A stretch of DNA of 61,406 bases from Catajapyx aquilonaris (GCA_000934665.2 KZ538156.1:62001-123406); one strand, 5' to 3'; positions 41,065 through 54,108 are shown, counted from the stretch's first letter. Notes: generated from the letters alone by a model not told the origin. Translations and numbers: made by a program.

Positions 41065-41814
41065 TGTGATGATGCAACTACCATTGCACCTTGTAAAAAT
41101 GAGATAAATGTCTGCCAAGTCCTAATGCTTGCTAGTTGCTACCATACGACATGACGCAATTACTCATGTCACTTCTTACATCCGTAACCGCAGAAATTGG
41201 ATGCAAATGAACTCATCACGCAGCTAATTACACCTCACAGTTTTGTTCCGAAATTAACCGAAAGGTTGTGACCGTGTCTTTTCCCTTCCTCCCCCCCCCC
41301 CACCCACCCAAAAAAACAAACAAGAAGCTCCATAACCCACACTCATCATCATGTGGTCCACCCACGCAAAAGCATCTGCAGCATCACGATCACGTTCCAC
41401 ACGAGCGTTGAACTCTCCTGATGCGTCAGGTCCTCCCCTTACAATGGAGTGATGGACTTAGCTTTAAGAGACAGTAGCAAAGTGTGTCTAGAATAGATCC
41501 AATTAGGGTGACAGAAAATTCGCCGTTTTTTGGCAAGTTGGCCACGGTTAGAGCTGGATGAGAGAGAGAGAGAGGGTGGAGAACCCCTGTGCGGAAAACC
41601 CGTTCCGGACAGTGGCGGCTATTATGCTGGGAGGGGCCGCTTCCGTGCCCGAGTGAGAGATTAACCCGAGTATTAACAACCATCCCCAGGGCCGGATGCC
41701 CTCCTCTTTTGCCCCCCCAACCACCACCACGACCCAGCAAAATGTCCCGCTTTTTCTTTTTATCTGGGTTGAGCTTGCGGTGTCTTCCAAATGGGCAAAT
41801 ATTTGATGATTGTG

Positions 41815-42322
41815 CAAAAATAGCAGTGATCAGTGTCAATTTGCTGTCTGAATTGTTATCAAAGGTGTGATATCAACTTACTGTACACACACTCAGCGAG
41901 TAACCGAACAAATGTTGTACGATTATGACACATTTATCTGGATTGCTTTCGGTGTCTTCTATCACTAATTAGCATGTGAAAAAATAGAAGTGATCAGTAC
42001 CAATTTAGTCTGAATTGCATCGAAAGTGTTTAATTTTATATGAACTTCCTGTAAACACACTCAGCAAATATGTAGTGGTCAGAACAGTGTTTAGAAAAAA
42101 AAGCCACATATTTTCTTTGCGTTTCTTTAGTGCGTAAGTGTACAAGAAATTCGCGAGTGATTTTTTGTGACAATTTGCTGCTACACTGTCAGAAAATATT
42201 TAATGTTAAAAAGCAACAAATGTTGTACGACATAATCGCACAACATTTGTTGTTTATTCTTTTTTAAATCGTTTCTTCAGTGCGTAGGTGTAACCAAGTT
42301 TTTGCGACAATTTGCTAGTACA
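41815..42322. repeat. Mosaic of old local tandem duplications
   Basis: AAAAATAG.AGTGATCAGT...GTCTGAATTG...ACACACTCAGC occurs twice (about 41816 and 41980). CGTTTCTT.AGTGCGTA.GTGTA...GACAATTTGCT occurs twice (about 42120 and 42270). ACAAATGTTGTACGA occurs twice. Confidence 0.7.
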
Positions 42323-43581
42323 GGTCGTCGTCTCTTGCAATTTGCCGAATCATATGCAAATATGACGTGCGGAAGATGTAAACATGTGCCTTCGAGGAGG
42401 GTCGTCTGACAGGAGTTTTTTTTCCCCCCTTCTTCTTATCGAGTAGGGAACCACCTGTCTTTTCTTTGGGGTCCTCCGGCATCTTGAGGCTGTTCACGTC
42501 CCTTGGGTTTTGTTTATGTGAGGAGACTTGAGTATAGTCCGAGTGTACGGTTTTGAGGTGTTGCTTTCCGGTGTAGTGGCCGGTCAGGTCGTGATCACGC
42601 GGCCAGACACGCGATGGGGGGTTTGTTCCGGACCACCTAAAAAGCATGTCGATGCTCACTGCAATGTCGCCTCTTTGTGAAGGGTGCGCTGGAAAAAAAA
42701 TAAATAATAATAACACGAGCGCCATCTGGTCCGTTGGAATGTTTTTCGCAAAAGGTCAAGGTCGATTTTTTTTTGTAGAAAAAATTTAGCGTGATACGGT
42801 ACTTGAAAAATGCTCCAGATTGTGTAGATTTTGATGCATTCAGTAGAGGCATATTTGCGGATTTTTCTACATTTATGTGTTTTAAAAAATAATTTTTAAA
42901 CTAATTATTTTGATATTAACACCCATCATTTACAGACGCTAAAACTACTTGCAATTTTCACCAAAATGGCAGTAGCACCGTTATGCCCTGGCACAATTGC
43001 ACCCGCGCAAGCCGGCTTATGCTCCTCCCAACAATGGACCAGTAGTCACGACCATATGGATTATTATCCTGGGAGACGTTACAAGAAGGGTGCGGAGGAT
43101 GGGGGGGGAGGGAGGGTGTCGCCTCTAACAGTCCAGGGGTGGGATAAATCGGCACGAAAAGCACCCTCTCCACAAGAAACCTAGGCTATCTCACGAACAA
43201 ATAAGATTATCTTTTTCCACCTTCCTCTCTCGTGACATGATGGGCTCGTTTTCTTGACTGCGATTTTTCGAACCCCCTTCCAGTTCGTGCGACCGCCTCA
43301 GCAATAATCATCTTGAGAAATAAGCCCTTCTTTTTATAAATATGGCCAGGGCAAAAAATAATTGCATATCTCCCAGCGAGCAAGTGCGCGCTCAGTCCAT
43401 GCCAAATCACGCACATCCTTTGTTCCCTGGAGAGGACAACACTGCTGGATTCATTGCACGTGGTGTATGCTCCACAGGGTGGTGCACTCTCCTAGTATTA
43501 CTCGAGTGTAGTTGGGGGATTGTTCAACCCAACAACATGTTAGAAGCAACGATCAGTGTTAAAGCAAAACCGATGACATGT

Positions 43582-44539
43582 CATGTTAAGGGGACATTGA
43601 GCGATGTAGCAACACAGGAAATACATACAGGACTAGTTCCGTCCACCAGAGGCGCTGCCTCTCCATTGCACAGGCGCAGAACGGGGGCCAATCGAGCAAA
43701 CAATATAGGGCGGTCCAATCATAAGCCTCGGTCATACGACGAAGGATTTTAAATATTACAGATGGACACTTTGACAGATAAATATTCGACATTCGTTGAC
43801 GTAAAGCATTTAAAAAAATCATACTTTCAGTATGGACACATTATTAGTTACAAATTAATTGTATTAATTCTACCAATTAATTTACCATTTTAATTTTAAT
43901 TCGTCCAGTTATTTAATGGATATTTCCTGTTGATTTATTAATCGTGTTATTATTAATGGATTGTGTACAAATTTCTACCAACGATTTGCATTTATTACTA
44001 TTAATGACTTCTTAATTTTTAATTAACAATCTTACTACACTAACACGTACCGGTATATTCGCAATTAATGTTTACTGCTATTGTTGCTTCTGACTGGTTG
44101 CTGGGGTGAACAATCCCTCGAATGGCATGTTAAAGGGACAATCAGCGATGTAGAAGTCACATGATAAATACATAATGAAAAATTTGCCACATAAATACAG
44201 TAGGTCTGTACGAAATTCATTGACATTAAGCATATTATTTAAAACAGACATTTCAGTATGAACACACTAATTATTATGCAATAATTTATGATGTTTCTAC
44301 TGTACTACTGCGTCAGTTTAATACCATTTTAATTTTTATCCAACAAGTGATTAAATTTGTTGATTTATTAATCTGTTATTGCTAATTAATTGTGCAGAAT
44401 TTTCTGTCATTGATTTGTATTTAATGTATTTCACCTAATTAACGTCTTCTTTATTTTTCTTAAAAATCTTGCTACACTAATATATTTAATCTAATTTTCT
44501 ATTATTGTTGCTTCTGACTGTTGGTTGAGTGAACAATCC
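43582..44539. repeat. Diverged tandem duplication (about 544 bp and 414 bp), each copy starting TTAA(A/G)GGGACA
   Basis: CATGTTAAGGGGACATTGAGCGATGTAG (43582) and CATGTTAAAGGGACAATCAGCGATGTAG (44126). Both copies end ATTGTTGCTTCTGACTG...GTGAACAATCC. Confidence 0.85.
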
Positions 44540-45129
44540 TTTCAACGATTTGAGCAACGAACCACCCTGTAGTGCATAAGGGGAGGTGTGTGTGTGTGTG
44601 TGGGAGGGTGGGGGGAGAGGGTGGATGGGCCTAATTATCCGAGCATTTAACCGCCCTTCCTCTGGCCAAAGGGGGGTATCCGTGAGAAGACGAGAAGAAG
44701 TGCAGGCAGGTAATGACGCGGGAACTTTTTCGGCACCACTTCCGTTCCACCCCCCCTCCCTCCTCTTCTTCCATACATGCCCCCCCCCCCATACTAAAAT
44801 TTGAAAAAACTTTACCCACACCAAGCCATCACCTCATCTTTCGGTTTTCTACCTGCTGCGAAAGGGGTAAGAGGGGGGGGGGGGGGGATAAAAACCTCCC
44901 CCTTTTATACGAATGTTTCTCACATTTTGTCTAACATGTCCGTCATATGGCGAGAATATTCGAGTTAGATTAAAATAATGGGATGGTATGTTTGTAAGCC
45001 ACTCCCACGCGACTTGTTGCTGATGGAAATTCGCTGATTGTTGATAAAGTCGCAACAATGTATGGGTTCCTGTAAGTTGGCAGTCTTTTTTTCTTTCAAA
45101 ATATATTGTATTCATAAATTTTCATCAGA

Positions 45130-45665
45130 CACTCTAAAGATTTTAGAGTGTTTTTCCACTCGATTTGAGATAAAGTAAATGTTTCCTTTTTTGAGTAAAA
45201 ATTTTACTTGATTTTTTTAAAAAAAGAAAGTATTAGCTGATCATATAGCATTGTTGTCGTCATCTTCATCATACACTCTTAAAAATTCGGAGTGTTTTCC
45301 CACTCGATTTGTTGAGTTAAAAGTAAATATTTGAGGAGTTCGCTCAAAAATAGCATTTTGCGAAATTGATTATTTTTTGAGCCAAAATTTACTTGATTAA
45401 AAAAAGAACGTATGAGTTGATCATATTTTAAAATATTACGAGGCTATTGACTCGCCTACTTTTTATCATACACTCGAAATAATTTCGAGTGTTTTCCCGC
45501 TCGATTTGATTTAATTTGCGGAGTGACATTCAATAAAAAATAGCATTTTGCGAAATTGATCCTTTTCCTAGCGAAAATTTAACTAGATTTTTAAGACAGT
45601 ATGAGCTGAGAATATTTTTTAAATATTGATAGAAATGGATCAGGCTATTGACTGGACTACTTTGT
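45130..45665 (+). mobile_element. Three tandem short copies of the CACTCT-ended TIR family
   Basis: CACTC...GAGTGTTTT(T/C)CC(A/G)CTCGATTTG starts at 45130, 45274 and 45471. The latter two share ATAGCATTTTGCGAAATTGAT and AGGCTATTGACT. Confidence 0.75.
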
Positions 45666-46829
45666 ATATTAGCTCTACAGTTTTTAAAATGCAAAGAAAT
45701 GAGAACATACAGAGAGGAAACAGGTTCGCCAGACGATAAAAAGCAAAAGCCTGAAATACATTTCCTGCCCACGGATAATCAGTGAGTCCAATCATTTTTG
45801 TCCTGGACTATGATTTGCACAAGGGCCTCTATGTACGCATACATATTTTATTTTATTTTCATGCGGCTGAGGCCTTATAGCCCCTATTATGCTAATGATT
45901 CCCATCATTTCATTCTTTTGACTAGTTAGCTGTGGGAGGTGAGGTGGCTTTTTCCCACTGCCATTGTTGCCACACTGCTTTTTGATGGGACTTTTTGAGA
46001 CACCGATGGCCATGACTTTTGTCTCATGCAATTTGTGCCCTCCAGGGAGTTTGCGGAGTAATTTTTTTTTGTTATTAGTGTTTTGAGCCATTATATGTCA
46101 AATTTATTTCTCTGGAATGATTAGCACTAGTGATTATATTAATCACTCGAGTAGGTTTTGGTGACATTTCGCTTACTCCTGGCCTGATGCCCTGGTGATG
46201 GGTCGTAGTTACAGGAGCATGAAGCAGGTTACGTGTAGTAATGGACCGGGTTCTCACAAGGGGCACTCGAACATGACGCATGTGCCGATCCACGTGCTCT
46301 TCTTATGGGCGCCAAAATGTCCAGAAGCGAAATTTTTTATATATATAATCCATCTTTCCCACCGAAACTTGCTCAAAGTCCTTTTGTTCAAGAGATCAGA
46401 AGCCGGACCCTTTTTATTTTTCCCCGTTCTTTGAGAAAAACTGGGGAGTCGCCCACCTGTACTTTTTGCGATCGGTTCCATTTTCCCACACGGACTTATT
46501 TTTTCTACAAATCCGACCTGACCTAACTCGTGGGAGAGACAGATGGACCAAAATTTTGGTGGGGAACTTTCTGCATTTCCCGAAATTCAGTCCCCCCTCC
46601 ATTCAGAAAACGGCTTAGAAATGTTTGCTGTCAATAGGCCTCGAATAACGAACAAGATTTGACAATATTATTGGTTGTAAAAGGACCGTTGAATTCTGTC
46701 CATTCTGTGCCAATAAGCGTCCCCACACGGATATGTCACCGTATAGGAATGACAATATGCAAAATATAAGCATACCAACCGCCATAAAAATATTTTCAGT
46801 TCAGCAAAAAATAGTGCCATTCCAATACA

Positions 46830-47017
46830 TCTGATATAATAAAGAAGCAAGTTTGTCTGTTTGTCTGTATGTCCGGGGTACCCACTTTCGGACTACTGAG
46901 AGCGCTGAAATTTAGCACACTGATGGCTTACGATGTTTGAGGTAAAAATCCGAAAACCGAGGCTCAAAAAAGTGAGGTTTTCGGAATTTTTCCCTCAAAC
47001 ATCGTAAGCCATCAGTG
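46830..47017 (+). mobile_element. Helitron-like 5' portion ending in a 100-bp foldback
   Basis: A|TCTGATATAATAAAGAAGCAAGTTTGTCTGTTTGTC...CCCACTTTCGGACTACTGAGAGCGCTGAAATTTAGCACACT aligns with 6850-6950. Positions 46918-47017 form an inverted repeat. Confidence 0.7.
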
Positions 47018-48434
47018 GTCTAAATGCCCAAAATTTTGGATTTTTGTCTGCTGCAAATTTGGCTACTCGTACACGTATAAAATTGTCATCAATGCCCATT
47101 GTAACGAGCATAACTCACCGCTTTGAGAATGAAATGAGTAGATGTCGCACTCTGTTCCTTCTGAAATTCTCTAGCGGCACGACATGACGGATGCAAATTA
47201 GTAGACCTATCACAAATGTATCTAAAAATTCACATACCGGCTTACATACAGGTGTAATACTGAATGCCAGAAATTTCGCAGAGCACGTGACACCCTGCAG
47301 GCTTCCAAGTTGGCATCGTGCTTTGGTCACAATGATAAGAGGCCTTCACACTTGGAGCCCAACACCGGGTGGGTCCTCCAACTCGAACCGGCTGCAAATA
47401 AAAAGTTCCAGTAGCCGGTGTTGTCAGGGACCAGAAGATAAGGAACAGCGAAAGGTGACAGATCCTCCATATGTGGTCCCTATTGTTCCTCTGGTCAAGT
47501 AGCTTTTTCCCCTTCTGGGATGCTGCTGTAGGGACATGTCGTGGACAACATGGCCTTGGGGGGGAAACTGCGGAATGAAAACACGACCAATCGCCAGGGT
47601 GCTCCGCTTTTACTAAAGGATTCACGCTGTGGAAATTTGTTACCTGATTTTGGTCTGGCAGCCCGATGAAGGATTTTACGTGTCTATTGTCAACCAAAAA
47701 TGGTCGGATTGTCAGTGGTGTAACCTGCGATGTAATAATGAATCGTGACTGGGTCGCACCTGCAGGCTACCTTTCACGTGTAAAGTCGGCTGCCTATCAG
47801 AAAGATCAAAAAGCAGTGCTGTAAAAACGGCCATGCGGATTTACAGCTTCCTTAAAATCGGTTGTGTGTGTGTGTTGCCCCTTTCTTGCAACAGTATATT
47901 CGGTGGCTTCCCACGCCCAAGGAATAGACCAGAAAAGAAAAAAAAAGTTTTTGGTTGCTTCCCAAACCTCACACGTCCGTTTGCCCTCATGTCACGCGAG
48001 GTGCCCTTCATTCTCCTTTTTCTGATGGGCTTTAGATGAACGTACACCTCCGATTTCTCCGTGCAGAGCGTGTACCGTGGGGGGTTTATACACCTTGTCT
48101 TAGACTCATCTGTGTGTCTGGAAGGTTAATTGATGCGTGCCCCCCATCGTTTGGCGGATAGGTGGGCTTGAATCTTTTGGAGAGATATCACCCGGTGTGC
48201 AATGGCCATGTTTTATTGCTATGGCATGGTATGCCCAAGAGTGCTGAAAAACGGATTGGACTTCGATTGTTGGGCTGGTCATGGAACCGTTTGTATGGCC
48301 TTCCACTGGACTTGTTTGCAGAATTATGGTACACAGGTGTCTGTTACTGTACCATAAAAACAATCAAAATCATTAAAATATTTTTGAACGGACCTTATAT
48401 ACATATAAAAGGCAAAGTTTGTGCTGTATATTAC

Positions 48435-48741
48435 TACTCTAAGAATTTACGAGTGTTTCTACTCGATTTTCACTCTTTCGCATACTTGATTTGACTCCCA
48501 CTCGATTTGAGTGAAATTTTTTTACTCAAAATGAGCAATCATTTCACTCAAATTGAGTGAAAAAGTTCTTACTCACTGAAAGAGTAGTTTTCCATTTATT
48601 TTGACTTTTCTTTTGAGTAGTTTTCCACTCGATTAGAGTTAAAGTAGATCTTTCCTGAGTGAAATTCCGTCAAAAAGATCATTTTGCGAAATTGCTGCTT
48701 TGTTGAGTGAAAGTTTCATTCGATTTTTTTCAAATAGAGTA
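48435..48741. mobile_element. Short copy of the CACTCT-ended TIR family
   Basis: Ends are TACTCT...AGAGTA. Internal CACTCAAATTGAGTG and ACTCACTGAAAGAGTA match 60347-61300 in opposite orientation. Confidence 0.7.
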
Positions 48742-50644
48742 TGGGTATGAAATGGGTATTAAAGGTAGTTGGTTTGTTTGTCCAGGTTTGTTATCACAGT
48801 GTTAGCATATGGTAACAGTTTCCGCTGCTGGTAAAATATAGGCTATAAAATAAATCAAATTAGTTGGACAGCACGCTTGTATTTTTTGTGTCATCTACTT
48901 AATACTCTAATAAGCTACTTAGTATACGGACATTGCATGTCTTTCAAATATTTTTTTTGCGGATATTGGCAATGCGCGGGGCCCTTGCAAAAACGGCCTC
49001 TATTGTATGGTAATTGTTGTGTTGATCATGTAGGAAACGAGACCGTTCATTTTTACTACACATGAACCGTGATTATCGCCCAAATAATAGCAATTTTATA
49101 TAAAAAAAATATCTGGTCTGGGCTCCATCCTCTCTCGCAAAATATTCACAAAAGCATCCTCCCACATGTGGACAAAAGTACCGTAACTGAGACAATGGAC
49201 CGCCGCCAATTAATCTTAACGGACCGCATTTATATACCTTCATAACAGACGAGAAAAATTCTCGGCCCTTTTTCTTTCGGACTCGAATTGAATAAAGGCG
49301 ACCAAAACGTATTTTAACCGCAATAATACCACTTTTTTTGCTGACCATTACTTTTTTTTATATATTTTTGGTTGGTACCCCCACAAAGACATGTGAACCT
49401 CGTGATAAAAAAAGGACCAGAACCAAGTCGGAGGTGGGTTTTCACAGGGCGACAAAGTGCACCTGTCCGAAATGGGGCTTCCTGCCGTCCCGTCTCTTTT
49501 GTCCCAGGTAATTTCCTTTCATCTTTTTCTGGATCCCCCCCTGTACCGTCCATTTATTTCCGCAGTTCTGCCAACCCCTACGCGCTCAAATAATTATCTT
49601 GAAGGCGGTCTTAGTTTAAAAAGAATTGGGGGAGTTACACCTGTAACATGTCAGCTTTTGTGCCACTAAGTACCTGTCCATCTGAATACTTGGGAGTTCA
49701 ATGGAGGAATTTTCAATTTACTTTGACACGCGTCTTGAAGTATAAGGAAAAATTCCATCTGGCAGTGGATTAGACAAGGCATGTTTCTGCGTAATTAAAA
49801 ATGTTGGCACCGTTTTTCTGCTTGGTAACAATGCACGAGTTTTGACGGGGAGAAGATATGAAGTAGGAGGGGGGATGGTAATGCACACAAAAAAAATGAG
49901 TGTGAAAAATTGCGAAACTTGTGGTTATGCAGACATGACGTGAGAGGTTGCTCGTTTTGTTACACGTTTGTGTGACCTGTATATGACAAGGTGAAATGCT
50001 ATGAGAAGATTGTGTATGGACAGTATACTGACGAAGAGTACAACTTGCTTCTTACCACTTAGTAAATTTTATTACGTTTTATTTATTTTTAAATGACCAT
50101 TTTAAAAATGTCCTCATGATGTAGCTTTTTGTGACTCACAAAACCATTTTCGGATTCGAAATGCGTCACTGCACTGTTTATGTATAGCCGTACGTAAGAA
50201 GAGAATTACCAATTGCTTGGAATAGAAAATTATCGCCGGATTTTCATCTCTGACATCTCAAGGAGCCGATCTTATTAATCCCCCCCTCAACGCTGGAGAT
50301 ATCGCCACTTCGGAGTTCCCATTGTTATTATCAGTGCACTCGAAAATTTCCCAGCGGTGCACTTGCGCAATGCAAAGATAAGGGTTTTGCACCTTACCTC
50401 TCTTGTATACTGTACAGTGTTGGAAGATGGGGATGGAGAAAAAAAGTGCGAATAGATAAGTATCTAGTTACCTTGGGATGTCAAAAGAAAGATGGTATAT
50501 TATGGGAAATTTTCCACTAAATGCATGACTAGCGAGTTCAACTATACTGGTTTACCATGTCCAGGAATAAAAAATACAAGTACTAGCACTATATCACTTA
50601 AGTAATTGGCTATTGGCTCAATATCTCCTACTAATCACTTCTCT

Positions 50645-51118
50645 GGTTAGTAGTAGTTACCAAAAGTGGAGGTGATTTTCGATCAGACGTGTCCTTTATT
50701 GCTCTTAAAAACTGCTATGATCAGTAGCGGTTACAAAAAGTGGGGGTGATATTCTACCAGCGTGTTAATGCTATTAAAAACTGCTGTGATCAGTAGCGGC
50801 TACAAAAAAGTGGATGTCATTTACGACCAGCAGTGATCCGTTATTGTTATTAAAGCCGCTATGATCAGTAGCGGTTACAAAAAAAAATGGAGGTGATTTT
50901 CGGCCAGCGCATTACTTCTATAAAAGCTGCTGTGATTAGTCGCAGTTACAAAAGAGTGTGGGTGATTTTCAACCAGCGAGTTATTGCTCTAAAAAAATTG
51001 CTGTGATTAGTAGCAGTTACAAAACTTGGAGGCGATTTTCGACCAGCAGTGATCCTATAGCTTGAATAGCAATAACGGATCACTGCGGGCCGAAAATCAC
51101 TACCGTACTTTTTGGTAA
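50645..51118. repeat. About 70-bp minisatellite (6 diverged copies) closed by one inverted copy
   Basis: GAT(C/T)AGTAGCGGTTACAAAAAGTGGAGGTGATTTTCGACCAGC-like units at about 50645, 50719, 50788, 50863, 50934 and 51005. Positions 51065-51118 are the reverse complement of the unit. Confidence 0.9.
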
Positions 51119-54108
51119 GTTGATAGCAGCTCTTGAAATATTAGGTTTATGGTACACAGCTCAAAAATTATTTTTTAAAAAAATTAATAGGACCGTAATA
51201 TACTTCCGTATTTACGTGTATGTTTATCCAAGATGGCCGACTGAAGGTATCGGGGTCGATTCCAGGCGGCAACATAGCCTGATTATCCTAGCCCGGCGGA
51301 TGCCCCGGGGCAACGGAAGTGCGTTTATCCCTCTGGCCGGAAACGAGCAGCAGTCTGACAGCCTCGAGGGTGGTGGAATCGGTGGTATAATGGCCCTCCC
51401 CCTACCTCCCCCCCTCTCCCTTAAAAAAAGAGAACTTGATGGCCGCCCCCGCCTTTTCCTGTACGGCCTAAGCTTACAAGAGGAGGGGGAGAAAATTGGG
51501 ACGCTGCATCATCCTGCACCACTTCTCAGGGCATGTCGACACGTTCGATTCGTTGCACTTTTGTCGTGAAGTCCCGGCTTAAATAAGTCCATGACGCACG
51601 TCAGGACGGTGCATTGTGTATGTATGAGTGGGAGGGTGAAATGTAAGGTGTATTGCGAATGAATGTCTTTTTATTATTGTATACTTCGCACGGGGGGTTG
51701 TTTCTCAATATTGCAAGTGTCGTAAGATATTGCAAATTTTGCATTATTTTGCATAAATTGGGTCGGTATTACTGGACTTGTCAACAGTGATTCCATTTAG
51801 CTTCCGTAACTGTCGAGAATAATTAATTAGTTAATTTATATAACTATGAAGAGGATAATGGTTCAGTCCAACATTTCGGTACAACCTGCACATGCGCACC
51901 GCTCAGTAAAGACCGCGCATGCGCATACCAGCTGGTAGATCCCGATCTGTCAGCCGGACTTGGAGGGACTAATCCATCAGCCTTAAATTTTACCCATTTC
52001 GCCCCCCCATTTTTGGAACAGCAGTCGGAGTCAAACAAAAGCAGATGGAAATGAATGGAAAGTCAAGTCAGGAGGCATAATGGTTTCATGAGCAAATCCG
52101 ACCGTAAAATTGTGTGAATGGTGAAAAGGAGATGGCCGTGACCTTCTGCATCGTCCCCCCCACAGGTATTCTTCTTCTTTATTTCATTTTTTTATATTCC
52201 ATTATCACTCCCTCAGATCTCGGAGCCATTTTCGCGGCCATGCTTCTCAGACATCATTAAGCAACGGCAGTCATTTACAATGGAAGATAATTCCAAAAGG
52301 GCCCTTCGGGGGTAGCCCAACTAGATGGGTCTGGACAGAAGAAATTGATTGCGACTAATGGAGACGTACGTCATTGGCTAATTAATTGGCAGCCGGACAC
52401 TCCGGCGAGCCACCGGCTAATAGATGTCGGTACGGGAATAAATCAATGTCAGGCACGCAGAAGTCATAACTGGTTGTGAAACAAAGTAATTGCGACACGG
52501 GAGGAAGCCCCCTTGACACACTATTTTGCTTAAATCAAGCCATGAAGTCAATTGCCATTTGAAGTTATTGTTATTATAGGCTTGAACCGTTCAAGTGTGT
52601 GTTGAAAACGTGTGATAATGGTTGGTATATTCGCACTATAACTGGGCATTATGTTCACATGGTGTATATAAATAGGCAGCACAGCCTTGGAGGTAATTAT
52701 ACAGAGTCTTGCGTATTAATTAAACTTTTAGTACAGGGCCAGTTGACTATAGTTGGCAGCAGATGAATTAGAGTGAATAAATTAAATTGGTCCAATAAGC
52801 ACGAACTAAATTAAATTTAAAATTAATGCTGCCTAATGATTGCAAAAAATGAATTTTGGGACTGAATGTGAAATAAGCAATCCGAATTTTTAATTATTAA
52901 ATAATTACATTTTAAAGTAATGATGTGCTTGTAAATTGAAAAAGACGCACAATTTAATTCGAGCAAATGAGTCTGCAATTAAACTTGAATTGGGACGAAT
53001 AATTTACGCATAAAATAAATAATTAGATGAGTATACATAAAATGAGATGAACTGTATACCGAGTGTTTCAGAATTGAGCTTGCAGACTCAGGCGAAGATT
53101 TTCACCTGATATGAATGTGAGCCAATTTCTAAATCACAAGGTGCATGCCACATTATCATTCCAAGACTTTGATTTTTATGCCCCAAAAAATCAGTTGTTG
53201 CAATAATTGTTGTCGTAACTTTGCAATGATGATGTGAGTGGCGACAAAAATTTCAATTGCTGTACTGACAAAATAATGACTTAGGCACTCAGGATGATTG
53301 TATTTACCATTGTAATACCATCACGGAAATTGTTCAAAATTCTTCGTGTACCACGCACCACTGATGATTGGTCCAGTTGGACACCACAGACCAGCATGAT
53401 GCCTGACACCACATGACGTGACATCCCTCCATCCCAATTTTTCCTTAAAAATTCACAATTTTTCTTCATACATTTTTTTCCCCACAAATTTCTAGCCCAT
53501 GCTGTGGGATTGTGTTATATTTACAACTGCAGCAATGCAACTCGCACTTTCATACATGATCCCGGGTGAAACACTCACACGCACTTCATGTGAATGTGGG
53601 TGGGAGAAGGAAGGAGGGGGAGGGGGGGTGGAGAGGAGAAAGAGCAATGATTCAACGCAATGGTTTTGCCCTTAGGAGCAAGTGGCCAACCTTGGAACCA
53701 GAAGATTGTTCCCATTGGAACAGGTCTCTTGTCTTATATCCTGAACCTCGGCTCATCTACAATAGAGGGTTTTTGAGCTGCATCGCCGGAAGTTGGAAGT
53801 CGGCGGGGTGGGGGAGGGAGCAGAGAGAAAGATTGGGAGGGAAGGGGGAGGGGGAGGATGGGGTCAGCAAGGGCAAGGGCCATGTTGCCAGGTCGCTCAT
53901 GGGAACAAAAGGCAACAGATGGCGAGAGGAAGGGCGGGCAATGGAAGGGTAGAGAGGGGAGGGGAGGGGGGGGACAGGTGGAAATTTATGGCACCCGTGA
54001 CATTGGATATTGCGATATGACCCAGATTTTCACTTGATTATTTTGGGCGTGACAAAACGACAATCACAAACCGGAACGTTCCGGGCACAAATCGCCGCGA
54101 TTGCAGGT

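Noticed and set aside
50645..51060. CRISPR-like array
   Set aside because: The whole unit is repeated and diverged, with no unique spacers and no cas genes, in a eukaryotic context. The same applies to 57038-57400.
52217..52365. Coding exon downstream of 40057
   Set aside because: Strong acceptor and a possible GAC|GTACGT donor, but all three frames contain stops. It could only be a non-coding or UTR exon.
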